From assembly GCA_029266425.1 (NCBI GenBank), contig JAQSWY010000022.1, positions 6,654-70,653 of the forward strand: a DNA stretch of 64,000 nucleotides, given 5' to 3'. This document shows positions 50,357-60,896 of this stretch, piece by piece. Position numbers and translations under genes: made by a program. Numbering within the stretch: position 1 is the stretch's first letter; each line of letters starts with the position of its first letter. The DNA comes from Xanthobacteraceae bacterium. Lineage in GTDB: Bacteria > Pseudomonadota > Alphaproteobacteria > Rhizobiales > Xanthobacteraceae. The notes under the pieces were generated by a model. The model did not search any database, was not told where the DNA came from, and saw only the letters and a list, made by a program, of their open reading frames with translations.

Positions 50357-50535
50357 GGCCTCGCCTCCTCCCTGACCTCCTCGCGGCGTTTTCGCGCCCA
50401 TTCTTGCCGGGGCGCCTGTACCGGATTCGGTAGCACGCCCTCCCCGCTCGCCGCAAACCGGCCGCACCATCATTTCGGCCCGGCCGCTTGTCGGCGAAAG
50501 CTCCTGCATCCAAGATAGGTACCGAGGAAACGCTC

Positions 50536-51564
50536 GTGAACAAGACAACGCTCAAAATAGAAGCGGCGTGCGGGGTGGAGGGGAACGCTGCGGTGCGCAT
50601 CACCGCACCGGGCCGCCTCCATCTTGGATTCCTCGACCTTGCGGGCACTCTCGGCCGCCGCTTCGGCAGCCTCGGCATCACGCTGGAACGCCCGGCGACC
50701 GTGGTGCGGATGGGCCGTGCCGAGCGCCTGGAGGCCACCGGCCCGGATGCCGAGCGGGCGGTCGCGGCCGTCGAAAAAGCCGCACGTCGGCTCGGGCTGA
50801 ATGCCGGGGTCAAGGTCGTCGTCGAGAACGCGCTGCCTCCCCATTCCGGCCTCGGCTCGGGCACCCAACTCGGCCTCGCGGTCGCCACCGGGCTCGCCTT
50901 GATCGACGGCAAGCCGTTCACCCCGCGTGAGATCGGCGCCGCGCTCGGGCGCGGGGCACGCTCCAGCATCGGCATCGGCGCCTTCACCGAGGGCGGGGTG
51001 ATTCTGGATGGTGGCAAAGCCATCGGCGAAGGCGCCGGCGATGCGCCGCCGCCCATCATCTCCCGGCTGCCCTTCCCGGAGCGCTGGCGCATCATACTGG
51101 TCTTTGATCACGCCCATCGCGGCCTCAGCGGCCCGGAGGAGATGGCGGCGATGGACAACCTGCCGCCCTTCGCCGACACGCTCGCCGGCCATCTGGCGCG
51201 ACTTGCCGTCATGGTCGCGCTGCCGGCGCTCGCCAATGCCGACGTGCGGCATTTCGGCGAAGCCGTGGGAGAAATGCAGAGATTGCTTGGCGACCACTAT
51301 GCGGGTGCGCAAGGTGGTCGCTATACGAGCCCCGCCGTCGCCGAAGCCATGGACTGGCTGGAGGCTGAGGGCGTAAAGGGTGTCGGCCAGAGTTCCTGGG
51401 GCCCCACCGGCTTCGCCATCATCGGCGACCCGGAGGAGGCCGAACGACTGACCGGCGAGGCGCGTGCCCGATTCGGCGCGCAGCCCGCTTTGGCCTTCGA
51501 GTGCGTGCGCGGCAGCAATGCCGGGGCCCGCATCGAATGGCTTGCCTGCGTAGAGCAGCGCTAG
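50536..51564 (+). CDS. mptG: Beta-ribofuranosylaminobenzene 5'-phosphate synthase (GHMP kinase fold)
   Basis: RLHLGFLD, PHSGLGSGTQ, GRGARSSIG, GQSSWGPT. Confidence 0.92.
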   Translation: MNKTTLKIEAACGVEGNAAVRITAPGRLHLGFLDLAGTLGRRFGSLGITLERPATVVRMGRAERLEATGPDAERAVAAVEKAARRLGLNAGVKVVVENALPPHSGLGSGTQLGLAVATGLALIDGKPFTPREIGAALGRGARSSIGIGAFTEGGVILDGGKAIGEGAGDAPPPIISRLPFPERWRIILVFDHAHRGLSGPEEMAAMDNLPPFADTLAGHLARLAVMVALPALANADVRHFGEAVGEMQRLLGDHYAGAQGGRYTSPAVAEAMDWLEAEGVKGVGQSSWGPTGFAIIGDPEEAERLTGEARARFGAQPALAFECVRGSNAGARIEWLACVEQR

Positions 51565-51649
51565 CGGCGGATTGGCGGAAAGCCCGCGTCGCTCCTTCAA
51601 ACCTCAATAAATGGCCGCAAGGCCTGCTTCCGCCTGGGAGATCCGCTTC

Positions 51650-52570
51650 ATGTCGGACATCGCGCCGATTCTGCACATCGTCTCGCCGCTCCGCCACGTC
51701 AGCCCGTTCGACGTCAATATGGCGGTGGATGCCGGCTACACGACCATCCTGCCGTACCAGAACGTCAAGCTCGAAGAGATGATGGACCTGACGCAGGACA
51801 TGATGTTCTCGCGCCCGCCCTCGCATGCCTCGCGCACCGGGCTGTTCATCGGCGGCAAGGATGCGAGCCTCGCGCTGGACATGGCGAAGGAGGCGCGCGC
51901 CGCGCTGTTCGCGCCCTTCGAGATCTCGATCTTCGTCGATCCGGCCGGCTCCTTCACCACCGCGGCGGCGATGATCGCCGAGGTCGAGAAGAAGCTGCGC
52001 GCCAAGCGGCCCGAGGGAATGAAGGGCGCGAGCGTGCAGGTCTATGGCGCCACCGGCGTGGTCGGCGGCATCGCCGCGGTGATCGCGGCGCAGGCGGGCG
52101 CCAACGTCACGTTGGTCAGCCACCGCGATGTCGAGACCGTCCAGCTCAAGGCCGCGGATTTCAAGGTCCGCTTTGGCGTCGATCTTGCAAGTGCTGCTGC
52201 CCGCAACGATGACGAGAAGCGCACTTTGCTACCTCACGCAGAGGTGGTATTGGCGTGCGGCAAGGCCGGGGTACAGATTCTGACTGCGGAACATCTGGCG
52301 GGCGCCGGCCGACTGGCGGTCGCCGCCGATGTGAACGCCGTCCCTCCATCCGGCATTGCCGGAGTCGATGCGCTGGATGATGGCAAGCCGCTTTCGGGCG
52401 GCGCGCTGGGCATCGGCGCGCTGGCCATCGGGCATTTGAAATACCGCGTGCAGCACGAGCTTTTGAAGCGTATGCGGTCTACGGAGACCGCCCTCACCAT
52501 CGGCTTCGAGGATGCCTTCGCACTTGCCCGGACGCTATCAGGGTCGCTCGCAGGCCAGGGAGGCTCCTGA
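51650..52570 (+). CDS. mtdB: NAD(P)-dependent methylene-H4MPT dehydrogenase
   Basis: HVSPFDVNMAVDAGY, DPAGSFTTAAA, GATGVVG, DVNAVPP. Confidence 0.92.
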   Translation: MSDIAPILHIVSPLRHVSPFDVNMAVDAGYTTILPYQNVKLEEMMDLTQDMMFSRPPSHASRTGLFIGGKDASLALDMAKEARAALFAPFEISIFVDPAGSFTTAAAMIAEVEKKLRAKRPEGMKGASVQVYGATGVVGGIAAVIAAQAGANVTLVSHRDVETVQLKAADFKVRFGVDLASAAARNDDEKRTLLPHAEVVLACGKAGVQILTAEHLAGAGRLAVAADVNAVPPSGIAGVDALDDGKPLSGGALGIGALAIGHLKYRVQHELLKRMRSTETALTIGFEDAFALARTLSGSLAGQGGS

Positions 52571-53690
52571 CCTTGTCCTCGTCGGTGTGGCAGCACGCGG
52601 ACTGGCAGCGGCGGCGCGGCGGGCGGGCTATGCCCCGATCGTGCTCGACCTGTTCGGCGACGAAGACACCCGGGCGCTGGCCTGTGAGGCGATCCCGATC
52701 CGCAGGCTCGGCGGCCTCAATTTCGATCCGGAGGACCTCTTCGAGCAGCTCGGCCTGCATGCGGCCGGTGATCTGCCCGTGGTGCTCGGCACCGGCTTCG
52801 AGCAGGCCCCCGACATGGTCGAGCGGATCGGCCAGAGGTTCCGCATGGTCGGCAATGGCCGGCAGACCCTTGCCTGGTTGAAGGAGCCCATCGTCTTCAT
52901 GCGCCTGCTCAGCAATCTCGGCGTTCCCCATCCGGCGGTGTTCACGGGCCCGGCGCCCGCGGGCATGCGCACGCTGGAGAAGCGCATCGGCGGTTCGGGC
53001 GGCTGGCATGTGCAGCCGGCCGCCGCCCCGCGCGGGGTCGGCTGGTATGTGCAGGAATATGTCGAGGGCCGCACCGTCTCTGCGCTGTTCCTCGGCGACG
53101 GCAAGGATGTGCGCCTCCTCGCCTTCTCCGAGCAATGGTGCGAGCCGGCCGACGATGCGCCATACCGCTATGGTGGCGCCGCCGGGCCGATAGCGATCGA
53201 CGCGGCAACCGCCCGCGCGGTGACGGAGGCGCTCCGCCGCATCACCGCCGCCACAGGCCTCGTCGGCCTGGCCAGTGCCGACCTGATGCTCCTCGATGAT
53301 GGCGGCTGGACCTTGCTCGAGGTCAATCCACGCCCAGGCGCGACGCTCGACGTCTTCGACCGCCCGCCGCTGCCGCCGCTGCTGCGCCTGCATCTCGATG
53401 CCTGCGAGGGCCGGCTGCCGGACCTCGATCCGCTCACCCCCGAGACGGTCGACGAGGCGCGCGCCTCTGCGATCTTCTATGCGCCCGCGCCCTTCGAGGT
53501 GCGGCTCGATCCATTGCCCGACTTCGTCGCCGACCGCCCGCCGCAAGGCACGCGGATCGAGACCGGCGAGCCGGTGTGCACCGTCTTCGGCTCCGGCCGC
53601 AATGCTGAGGAGGCCCGTCAGCAGGTCTCCGAAAGAACCGTCAGCCTCTGGCGGGCGCTCAGTCGCGCCGACCGGAAGGCGGCGGAGTAG
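52512..53690 (+). CDS. ATP-grasp protein OrfY (methylofuran/H4MPT cluster)
   Basis: [36 protein letters not shown]; start uncertain. Confidence 0.82.
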   Translation: MPSHLPGRYQGRSQAREAPDLVLVGVAARGLAAAARRAGYAPIVLDLFGDEDTRALACEAIPIRRLGGLNFDPEDLFEQLGLHAAGDLPVVLGTGFEQAPDMVERIGQRFRMVGNGRQTLAWLKEPIVFMRLLSNLGVPHPAVFTGPAPAGMRTLEKRIGGSGGWHVQPAAAPRGVGWYVQEYVEGRTVSALFLGDGKDVRLLAFSEQWCEPADDAPYRYGGAAGPIAIDAATARAVTEALRRITAATGLVGLASADLMLLDDGGWTLLEVNPRPGATLDVFDRPPLPPLLRLHLDACEGRLPDLDPLTPETVDEARASAIFYAPAPFEVRLDPLPDFVADRPPQGTRIETGEPVCTVFGSGRNAEEARQQVSERTVSLWRALSRADRKAAE

Positions 53691-53704
53691 GGAGCAACGC
53701 CCCA

Positions 53705-54706
53705 ATGAACGCATCTACCGATACGACCACTGCACCGACCAGCCCTGCCCTCTCCCACCGGCGCCCCAGCGTCTCCGCGCTCACCGATCCGCTGGTTGAG
53801 GCGCTGGTGCGCGATGCCGACTCGCTACGGCTCAACGTGACCCGCACCAACTCCGGCGCCCGCATCGTCGATGCCGGGATTGCGGCGCGCGGCGGCATCG
53901 AGGCCGGGCGGCGCATCGCCGAGATCTGCCTCGGTGGGCTCGGGCGGGTGGAGATCGGCACCAATGCGCGCTTCCCCCGCTGGGGCACCGCGCTCACCGT
54001 CTCGACCTCCGATCCGGTGCTGGCCTGCCTGGGGAGCCAATATGCCGGCTGGAGCCTTGCCGAAGGCGATTTCTTCGCGCTCGGCTCCGGCCCGGCGCGC
54101 GCGCTCTGGGCCAAGGAGACGCTGTTCGGCGAGCTCGGCTATCGCGATCACAATGAGCGCGCCTGCCTGGTGCTGGAGGTCGACCGCATCCCGCCGGAGA
54201 CGCTGGTGGCCCGCGTCGCCGCCGATTGCGGCGTGGCGCCGTCGAACCTCACTCTGATCCTCACCCCGACCACGAGCCTTGCCGGCACCGCGCAGATCGT
54301 CGCCCGGGTGCTGGAAGTGGCGCTGCACAAGACGCACACGCTGCATTTCCCGCTGGAGCGCGTCGTCGACGGCATCGGCTCCTCGCCGCTGCCGCCGCCG
54401 GCGCCGGATTTCATCGCCGCGATGGGCCGCACCAATGACGCGACGCTCTATGGCGGCGACGTGCAGCTCTTCGTCGACGGACCGGAGGACGATGCGCGCG
54501 AACTGGCGGAGGGCCTGCCGAGCTCGACCTCGCGCGACCATGGCCGCACCTTCGCGGAGATCTTCACCTCCTATAAGGGCGATTTCTACGCCATGGACCC
54601 GATGCTGTTCTCGCCGGCGCGGGTGACGGTGACGGCGCTCTCGACCGGCCGCAGCTTCACCTTCGGCGCCTTCCACGAAGAGATACTGGAACGCTCGTTT
54701 GCATGA
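53705..54706 (+). CDS. mch: Methenyl-H4MPT cyclohydrolase
   Basis: [37 protein letters not shown]. Confidence 0.96.
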   Translation: MNASTDTTTAPTSPALSHRRPSVSALTDPLVEALVRDADSLRLNVTRTNSGARIVDAGIAARGGIEAGRRIAEICLGGLGRVEIGTNARFPRWGTALTVSTSDPVLACLGSQYAGWSLAEGDFFALGSGPARALWAKETLFGELGYRDHNERACLVLEVDRIPPETLVARVAADCGVAPSNLTLILTPTTSLAGTAQIVARVLEVALHKTHTLHFPLERVVDGIGSSPLPPPAPDFIAAMGRTNDATLYGGDVQLFVDGPEDDARELAEGLPSSTSRDHGRTFAEIFTSYKGDFYAMDPMLFSPARVTVTALSTGRSFTFGAFHEEILERSFA

Positions 54707-55629
54707 CTTCGGACAGCGTAACGCGTGACGACACCGTCGTCGTCTTCACCGAGGACGCCGACTGGCACACCCGCAACCTCTCGCTCGCGCTGGAGCGCGA
54801 GGGGCTGCGGGTCCTGGTGCGCTCGCTGAACGATTGCGGCTTTGCCATCGGCGAGACGCCGCACGGCCTGTTGATCCCCGGGCTCGACGGCGCGCTGCCT
54901 GCCGCCGCCTTCATCCGCATCATCGCCAAGGGCTCGACCGAGCAGATCACCGCGCGGCTCGGCCTCCTGCATGCGCTGCGCGAATGCGGGGTGAAGGTGA
55001 TGAACGACGCCCGCGCCATCGAGCGCTGCGTCGACAAGAGCATGACCAGCTTCCTCATCGCGAAGGCCGGTCTGCCGACGCCCCGCACCTTCGTCGGCGA
55101 GCGCCGCGAAGCGATGCAGGCGCTGATCGACGCCGCCCCCATGGACACCGTGCTCAAGCCGCTGTTCGGGGCGCAGGGCAAGGGGATCAAGCGCATCGCC
55201 CCCCGCGCGCCGCTGCCCGAGCCGGCCGCGGTCGGAGGCGTTTACTACCTGCAGGAATTCGTCGAGAGCGCTTCCCCTGCCGGTCACTACCAGGACTGGC
55301 GGGTGTTTGTGATCGGCGGCCGGGCGGTGGCGGCGATGATCCGCCAGTCCGAGCGCTGGATCACCAATATCCACCAGGGCGCGACCGGCGCGCCGGCCCC
55401 GCTCGACCGCGAGGCCTGCGAGATCGCGGTGCGCGCTACCGAAGCGGTCGGCGCCGACTATGCCGGAGTCGACCTCATCGAGAATGCGCGCGGCGAGTTC
55501 ATGGTGCTGGAGGTGAACTCCATGCCGGCATGGAAGGGCCTGCAGCGCGCCACCGGCATCGATGTCGCCTCGCGTCTCGCCCGGCATGTCGCCGAGAGCC
55601 TGGCCGTGCCCGCGGCAGAAGCGGGATGA
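54703..55629 (+). CDS. RimK-family ATP-grasp glutamate ligase Orf5
   Basis: [37 protein letters not shown]. Confidence 0.88.
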   Translation: MTSDSVTRDDTVVVFTEDADWHTRNLSLALEREGLRVLVRSLNDCGFAIGETPHGLLIPGLDGALPAAAFIRIIAKGSTEQITARLGLLHALRECGVKVMNDARAIERCVDKSMTSFLIAKAGLPTPRTFVGERREAMQALIDAAPMDTVLKPLFGAQGKGIKRIAPRAPLPEPAAVGGVYYLQEFVESASPAGHYQDWRVFVIGGRAVAAMIRQSERWITNIHQGATGAPAPLDREACEIAVRATEAVGADYAGVDLIENARGEFMVLEVNSMPAWKGLQRATGIDVASRLARHVAESLAVPAAEAG

Positions 55630-56450
55630 GGTCGCCCGCGATCGAGGCTGCCTTCCGCGCCGCCTGCCTCGCCGAGCTCGACGCGCTGAAAGCCGGCAAT
55701 GTGCATCGCTACAGCGAAGGCCACGGCATGAGCGTCGCGCATTTCCAGATGGCCGCCGAGGCGGCGGCGCCGGAGATCGCGCGCACCGGGGCGCCGGTCG
55801 GGGCGCGTATCGAGGCGGCGGTGCGAGCCTCGTTCGCGGCGACCAGGCTCAATACCAATCTCGGCATCGTCCTGCTGTGCGCCCCGCTGGCGGCGGCGGC
55901 GGATGGCGGCGGCGAGCTGCGCACCGCGCTCGGCAAGGTGCTCGACGGGCTCGACGTCGGGGACGCCCGCGCCGCCTATCGCGCCATCGCGCTCGCAAAT
56001 CCCGGCGGGCTCGGGCGCGCCGAGGAGCATGACGTCCACGAGGAGCCGGGGATCGGCCTGCGCGAGGCGATGGCGCACGCCGCCGCCCGCGACCGCATCG
56101 CCCGGCAATATGCGAGCGGTTACGCCGATGTGTGGGGCATCGGGCTGGCGCGGCTCGCGGCGCTGGGTGCGGCCGAGCCGGAGGCGCAGGTGGAGGCCGT
56201 GCATCTCGCCTTCATGAGCGCCTTCCTCGACAGCCACGTCGTGCGGAAATTCGGCGAGGAGATCGCAGAAGCGGTGCGCACGGAGGCTGAAATGGTAGAG
56301 CGGACGGTGAGGTGGTCGGCACCGGCCGAACTGCGCCATCCCCCGCTCGCGGCCTTCGACGCCTCGCTGAAGGCGCGCGGGCTCAATCCGGGCACCAGCG
56401 CGGACCTGACGGTGGCGACGCTGTTCGCGGCGCAGCTGGGTAGGCGGTGA
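55626..56450 (+). CDS. CitG-like triphosphoribosyl-dephospho-CoA synthase Orf7
   Basis: ELDALKAGNVH, NTNLGIVLL, DSHVVRKFG, NPGTSADL. Confidence 0.88.
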   Translation: MRSPAIEAAFRAACLAELDALKAGNVHRYSEGHGMSVAHFQMAAEAAAPEIARTGAPVGARIEAAVRASFAATRLNTNLGIVLLCAPLAAAADGGGELRTALGKVLDGLDVGDARAAYRAIALANPGGLGRAEEHDVHEEPGIGLREAMAHAAARDRIARQYASGYADVWGIGLARLAALGAAEPEAQVEAVHLAFMSAFLDSHVVRKFGEEIAEAVRTEAEMVERTVRWSAPAELRHPPLAAFDASLKARGLNPGTSADLTVATLFAAQLGRR

Positions 56451-56484
56451 TCGGCTTCAGCATCCTTCGAGGCTGAATGCCCTA

Positions 56485-57147
56485 TCACCCGAACCTTCCC
56501 ATCTGCTCGCGCCCGATCCGGCCGTCATGCAGCGCGCTGGCCAGCAGCACGCCAGTGGTGCCCATCGCGGTGAGGCGTTCCAGATCGTCACCGCCGCGCA
56601 CGCCGCCGGCGACATAGACATTGCGGTGGCCGGCCTTGCCCTGGATCTCCTCGAGCCGCGCGAAATCCGGCCCCTCATCGGCACCGACGCGGGCGAGCGA
56701 CATCGCGATCACCCGTGAGGGCCAGAGCGCCGGGGTCGCGTGCAGCTCGGCCGGCCCCATCGGACCCGCCGCGTCATGATCGAGCGACAGGATGGCCCCG
56801 TCGGCGAGCGCCGCCTTGGCCGCAACCATGTCGGCCAGCGTCTCGGTGCCGATCACCGGACAGCCGCCCGGCCGCGCACTTCCGGCATCGACCCAGATCT
56901 CGATCCCGGGAAAACGCGCCGCGATCCTCGCGATGGTGGAACCATGCTCCCCCGTGCCGCGTATGGCATCGAGGTCCGCCACGTAGAGCGTGTGGAACGG
57001 AGCCAGGTCGAGCAGCGCGGCAGCGATGTCGAGCGGGTTCGAACCGGCGCAGAGCGGCGTCTCGATCGGCCGATAGGCCGCACGTTGGCCGCGGCGGGCA
57101 TGAACCACCACCCCTCCCATGAGGTCGAGGACGGGTATAAGTTCCAG
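56485..57147 (-). CDS. HisA/HisF-related TIM-barrel protein Orf17
   Basis: ELIPVLDLMGGVVVHA, YVADLDAI, VAGGVRG, LASALHDG; probable CTG start at 57147 (alternative ATG 57183). Confidence 0.85.
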   Translation of the reverse strand: MELIPVLDLMGGVVVHARRGQRAAYRPIETPLCAGSNPLDIAAALLDLAPFHTLYVADLDAIRGTGEHGSTIARIAARFPGIEIWVDAGSARPGGCPVIGTETLADMVAAKAALADGAILSLDHDAAGPMGPAELHATPALWPSRVIAMSLARVGADEGPDFARLEEIQGKAGHRNVYVAGGVRGGDDLERLTAMGTTGVLLASALHDGRIGREQMGRFG

Positions 57148-57181
57148 CCCCTTCGGCCCTTTTGACGGATTTTCGCGTGCC

Positions 57182-58147
57182 ATGCAGGTCTTCGTGATCG
57201 AGACGGTGACGGGTGGCGGCCTCAGCGGCCAGCCACTGCCAGATACCCTGATAAACGAGGGCGCGCTGATGCGCGATGCCCTGATCGGCGATCTGGAGGA
57301 TCTCCCTGGCATTCGCGTCGTCACGACGCACGACCTGCGGGTGCTGCCGCCGCCCCGGGGCACCAGCATACCGATCGAGGAGGGCGAGGACCCGCTGGAG
57401 ACCTGGGCCCGGCTGGCGAGCCGCTCGCATTGCTCCTGGCCGATCGCGCCGGAGAGCGGTGGCGAACTGGCGCGCCTGGTCGAGCGCCTCGGCGCCACCG
57501 GCACCCGGGTCATCGGTCCGGACCTTCCCACGGTGCGGCTCTGCGCCTCCAAGCGCGCCACCGGGGCGGCGCTGAACGCGGCCGGCATCCGCACCGTGAC
57601 CAGCTATCCGGCGGAAGCCGTCCCAGCCGATCTGGCGGCGCCGGTCGTGGTGAAGCCCGATGACGGCGCCGGCTGCATCGACACCTTTCTGTTCGACGAG
57701 ATCCCCGACGACCTCGCCGCGCGCACCGGCTTCGTCGTCGAGCCCTATATCGCCGGCGACGCCGCGAGCCTGACCCTGCTCTGCCGCGCCGGCCACGCCC
57801 ACGTGCTGGCGGCGAACCGGCAGGATATCGTGCGCCACGGCGATCGGCTCGACTTCGCCGGCCTCAAGGTCGGCGGCATCGCCATCACCGCGGAGCTGCG
57901 CGCCCTCGCCGAGCGCATCCACCGCGCGCTGCCCGGGCTGTCCGGCATTGTCGGCGTCGACTATGTGGCGACCCCGGAAGGGCCGATGGTGATCGAGGTC
58001 AATCCGCGCCTCACCACTTCCTATGCCGGCCTCCGGCGTTCGCTCGGCGTCAATCCGACGGCGTTCGTCGCCGAGCTGATACGCGACGGCGCATTGCCGG
58101 ACCTGCCGCACTTGCCGCTCGCCATGCCGGTCGAGGTGGTGCTGTGA
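57182..58147 (+). CDS. ATP-grasp protein Orf1 (MfnD-like tyramine-glutamate ligase family)
   Basis: VFVIETVTGGG, EGALM, IAPE, KPDDGAGC, EVNPRLTTSY. Confidence 0.82.
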   Translation: MQVFVIETVTGGGLSGQPLPDTLINEGALMRDALIGDLEDLPGIRVVTTHDLRVLPPPRGTSIPIEEGEDPLETWARLASRSHCSWPIAPESGGELARLVERLGATGTRVIGPDLPTVRLCASKRATGAALNAAGIRTVTSYPAEAVPADLAAPVVVKPDDGAGCIDTFLFDEIPDDLAARTGFVVEPYIAGDAASLTLLCRAGHAHVLAANRQDIVRHGDRLDFAGLKVGGIAITAELRALAERIHRALPGLSGIVGVDYVATPEGPMVIEVNPRLTTSYAGLRRSLGVNPTAFVAELIRDGALPDLPHLPLAMPVEVVL

Positions 58148-59202
58148 GCGCGGACACGGCAAACCCCGTCGCCCGCCTCGGCTGGGATGTCGGCGGTGCG
58201 CATGTGAAGGTCGCCGCCTTCGGGGCGGACGGTCGGCTGAAGAGCGTGCGCATGCTGCCCTGCCCGGTCTGGCGCGGCGCCGAGCACCTCACCGCGGCGC
58301 TCAAGGTGCTGCGCGGCGAATTCCCGGCCGGCGCACCTTCCGCCGTCACCATGACCGCCGAGCTCGCCGACCTCTGGCCGGATCGGCCGGCCGGCGTCAT
58401 CGGCACCACGATGCTGCTGATGCAGGAGCTCGGCTCCTCGCCGCTCGTGCTGTTCGCCGGGCCCGAGGGCTTCGTGAAGCCGGAAGAGGCCGGCGCCCAC
58501 ACCGATACGATCGCCTCGGCCAACTGGTACGCCACGAGCGCCGTGCTGGCGCATCTCATCCCTTCCGGCATCCTCGTCGATATCGGGTCGACCACCAGCG
58601 ATCTGATCCCCTTCCGCGACGGCCGGGTCGGCGCGCGCGGCTTCTCGGATGCCGAGCGGCTGGCGAACAATGAGCTGATCTATACGGGGGCGGTCCGCAC
58701 CGCGGTGATGGCGGTGGCTCGCGCGGCGCCTTTCAACGGCCGCTGGGTGCCGCTGATGGCGGAGTTCTACGCCGCTATGGCCGATGTCCACCGTCTTACC
58801 GGCGAGCTGCCGGAGAAGGCCGATCTGCATCCCACCGCCGACAATGGGCCGAAGACGATCGAGGCCAGCGCGCGGCGGCTGCTGCGCATGGTCGGACAGG
58901 ATCTCACGCGTGAGGGCGAAGCCAAGGCGATCGCGCTTGCCCGGCATTTCGCCGAGGCGCAGCTGCACCAGCTCGACAGAGCGCTCGACTGCGTCATCTC
59001 CGGTCTCGACCACGGGCCGGAGCTGATCGTCGGCGCCGGCGTCGGCCGCTTCATCGCCCGCAAGCTCGCCGAGCGGCGCGGCGTCTCCTTCCTCGATCTC
59101 GCCGACGTGCTGACCGACGATCCGGCGCTGAGCTCGGACGCCGCGGATTGCGCGCCGGCGGTCGCGGTCGGGCTGTTGTCAGCGGCCCTGAGTTCGCGCT
59201 AA
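58144..59202 (+). CDS. Hydantoinase/oxoprolinase-N-like protein Orf9 (MfnF-like)
   Basis: GWDVGGAHVK, TMTAELAD, ASANW, DIGSTTSD, YTGAVRT. Confidence 0.85.
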   Translation: MSADTANPVARLGWDVGGAHVKVAAFGADGRLKSVRMLPCPVWRGAEHLTAALKVLRGEFPAGAPSAVTMTAELADLWPDRPAGVIGTTMLLMQELGSSPLVLFAGPEGFVKPEEAGAHTDTIASANWYATSAVLAHLIPSGILVDIGSTTSDLIPFRDGRVGARGFSDAERLANNELIYTGAVRTAVMAVARAAPFNGRWVPLMAEFYAAMADVHRLTGELPEKADLHPTADNGPKTIEASARRLLRMVGQDLTREGEAKAIALARHFAEAQLHQLDRALDCVISGLDHGPELIVGAGVGRFIARKLAERRGVSFLDLADVLTDDPALSSDAADCAPAVAVGLLSAALSSR

Positions 59203-59231
59203 GCCCGCGCACCTATTCCTTCGGAGCGTCC

Positions 59232-59600
59232 ATGTCCGACCGCATCTACCTTCGTGGCATCGAGCTTTTCGCGCATCACGGGCTCTTTCCCGAGGAGGCG
59301 AAGCTCGGGCAGCGCTTCATCGTCGACATCGACTGGTGGCTCGACGTTCATCCCGCCGCCGAGCACGACGACTATGCGGAGACGGTCGGCTACGACAAGG
59401 TGTTCGAGACCGTGACCAAGGTCTCCGCCGATCAGCGCTTCCACATCATCGAAGCCTTCGCCGAGGCCATTGCGACCGCAGTGCTGGCGCGCTTCCCCCG
59501 CGTCGAGAAGGTGCGCATCGAGGTGCACAAGCCGAACGCGCCGATCCCCGGGGTGTTCGGCGATGTCGGGGTGGAGATCGTGCGGGTGCGCGAGGGGTAA
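59232..59600 (+). CDS. folB: Dihydroneopterin aldolase
   Basis: FAHHGLFPEEAKLGQRF, TVGY, IIE, KPNAPI. Confidence 0.92.
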   Translation: MSDRIYLRGIELFAHHGLFPEEAKLGQRFIVDIDWWLDVHPAAEHDDYAETVGYDKVFETVTKVSADQRFHIIEAFAEAIATAVLARFPRVEKVRIEVHKPNAPIPGVFGDVGVEIVRVREG

Positions 59601-59621
59601 AGGGGCGCTCGCGGAGTTTGC

Positions 59622-59727
59622 CGTCATCCCGGCCGGAGCCCGCAGGGCGGAGAGCCGGGATCGCATGAAGTCCCGTGCAACACCTTACTACGATCCCGGA
59701 TCGGCCCTCCGGCCGTCCGGGATGACG
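59622..59727. repeat. Family B repeat between convergent genes
   Basis: CGTCATCCCGGCCGG...CCGGGATGACG. Confidence 0.88.
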
Positions 59728-59747
59728 AATGGTGGGCTGAACGATGC

Positions 59748-60701
59748 TCAAGCCGAGCGTGCCTTCTTCCTCGCCGGCTTCGCCACCGGCGTCTCCATCG
59801 GCCGGGGCAGGAATTCCGCGCCGCGCTGCGCCAGGAAGTCGCTGAGCGCGGCGGCCGGCGGGGTCAGGCGCTTGGCGGAGCGCTTCACCACGAACCATTG
59901 CCGCACCACCGGCAGCCCCTCGACATCGAGCATCACCAGGCGCCCGTCGGCGATCTCCGCAGCCAGCGTGTGCGCAGAAATGAAGGTTAGGCCGAGCCCG
60001 GCCATCACCGCCTGCTTGATGGTCTCGTTGGAGCCGATCTCCATGCCGATGCGCGGCGCCATGCCGGCCTCCTGGAAGAATCGCTCCATCAGCGTGCGCG
60101 TGCCCGAGCCCGGCTCGCGCATCAGGAAGCTGTAGCCTTCGAGATCGGCGGGCGTGAGCCGGCGCCCGATGAGCGGATGGCCGGTAGGTGCGACAATAAT
60201 GTGCGGATGATCGCCGATCGGGGTCTGCTCCACTTCGATGTCGAGCGGGGGGCGGCCCATGATGGCGACGTCGATGGCATCGCCCCTCAGCGCGGCGATG
60301 ATGTCCTCGCGATTGCCGACCACCAACGCGACCTCGATGCCGGGATGCGAGCGGGCAAACGCGCCGAGCGCGCCCGGGGCGAAGTACTTGGCGGTGGAGA
60401 CGATGCCGATCGAGACGCGGCCGGCGTCCAGCCCCTTCATGGCGTCGAGCGCGGCGCCGCAATCGGCCAGCGCGCGCTCGATTCGCGCTACTGCGGCCAG
60501 CACTTCGCGGCCTGCATCGCTCGGCTGGAAACGATCCCCGGCGCGGTCGAGCAGCGGCAGGTCCATCTGATCTTCGAGGAGCTGCACCTGCATCGTCACC
60601 GCAGGCGCGGTGACGTTGAGGAGCTTGGCAGCGCCGGTGACGGTGCCGGCGCGGATCACCGCGGCAAAGGCGCGGAGCTGCTTGAGCGTGACGTTGCGCA
60701 T
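59748..60701 (-). CDS. cbbR: LysR-type regulator of the Calvin cycle
   Basis: TLKQLRAF HTH, STAKYFAP, REPGSGTR, SNETIKQAV; divergent from cbbF. Confidence 0.93.
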   Translation of the reverse strand: MRNVTLKQLRAFAAVIRAGTVTGAAKLLNVTAPAVTMQVQLLEDQMDLPLLDRAGDRFQPSDAGREVLAAVARIERALADCGAALDAMKGLDAGRVSIGIVSTAKYFAPGALGAFARSHPGIEVALVVGNREDIIAALRGDAIDVAIMGRPPLDIEVEQTPIGDHPHIIVAPTGHPLIGRRLTPADLEGYSFLMREPGSGTRTLMERFFQEAGMAPRIGMEIGSNETIKQAVMAGLGLTFISAHTLAAEIADGRLVMLDVEGLPVVRQWFVVKRSAKRLTPPAAALSDFLAQRGAEFLPRPMETPVAKPARKKARSA

Positions 60702-60720
60702 TGAGGCCCTTTGACCCGCA

Positions 60721-60775
60721 CATTCAGAAAATCTGAATGGTTGCGAAAGAATATTCGAATTTGCTTACGCTCACA
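60721..60775. promoter_or_regulatory. CbbR binding region (LysR T-N11-A boxes)
   Basis: Inverted repeat CATTCAG-AAAAT-CTGAATG (60721-60739) just upstream of the cbbR start, followed by AT-rich sequence. Confidence 0.65.
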
Positions 60776-60896
60776 AGTCAGGCAAGGTTGCCTCAACAAC
60801 AGGCGTCCGCCGCTTCGGGTCACCCCACTCGAAGGCTTTACGGAAACGACACGCCAGAAGGTCCGCAAGACCTCTCGAAAAAACCGGGGAAACGCC

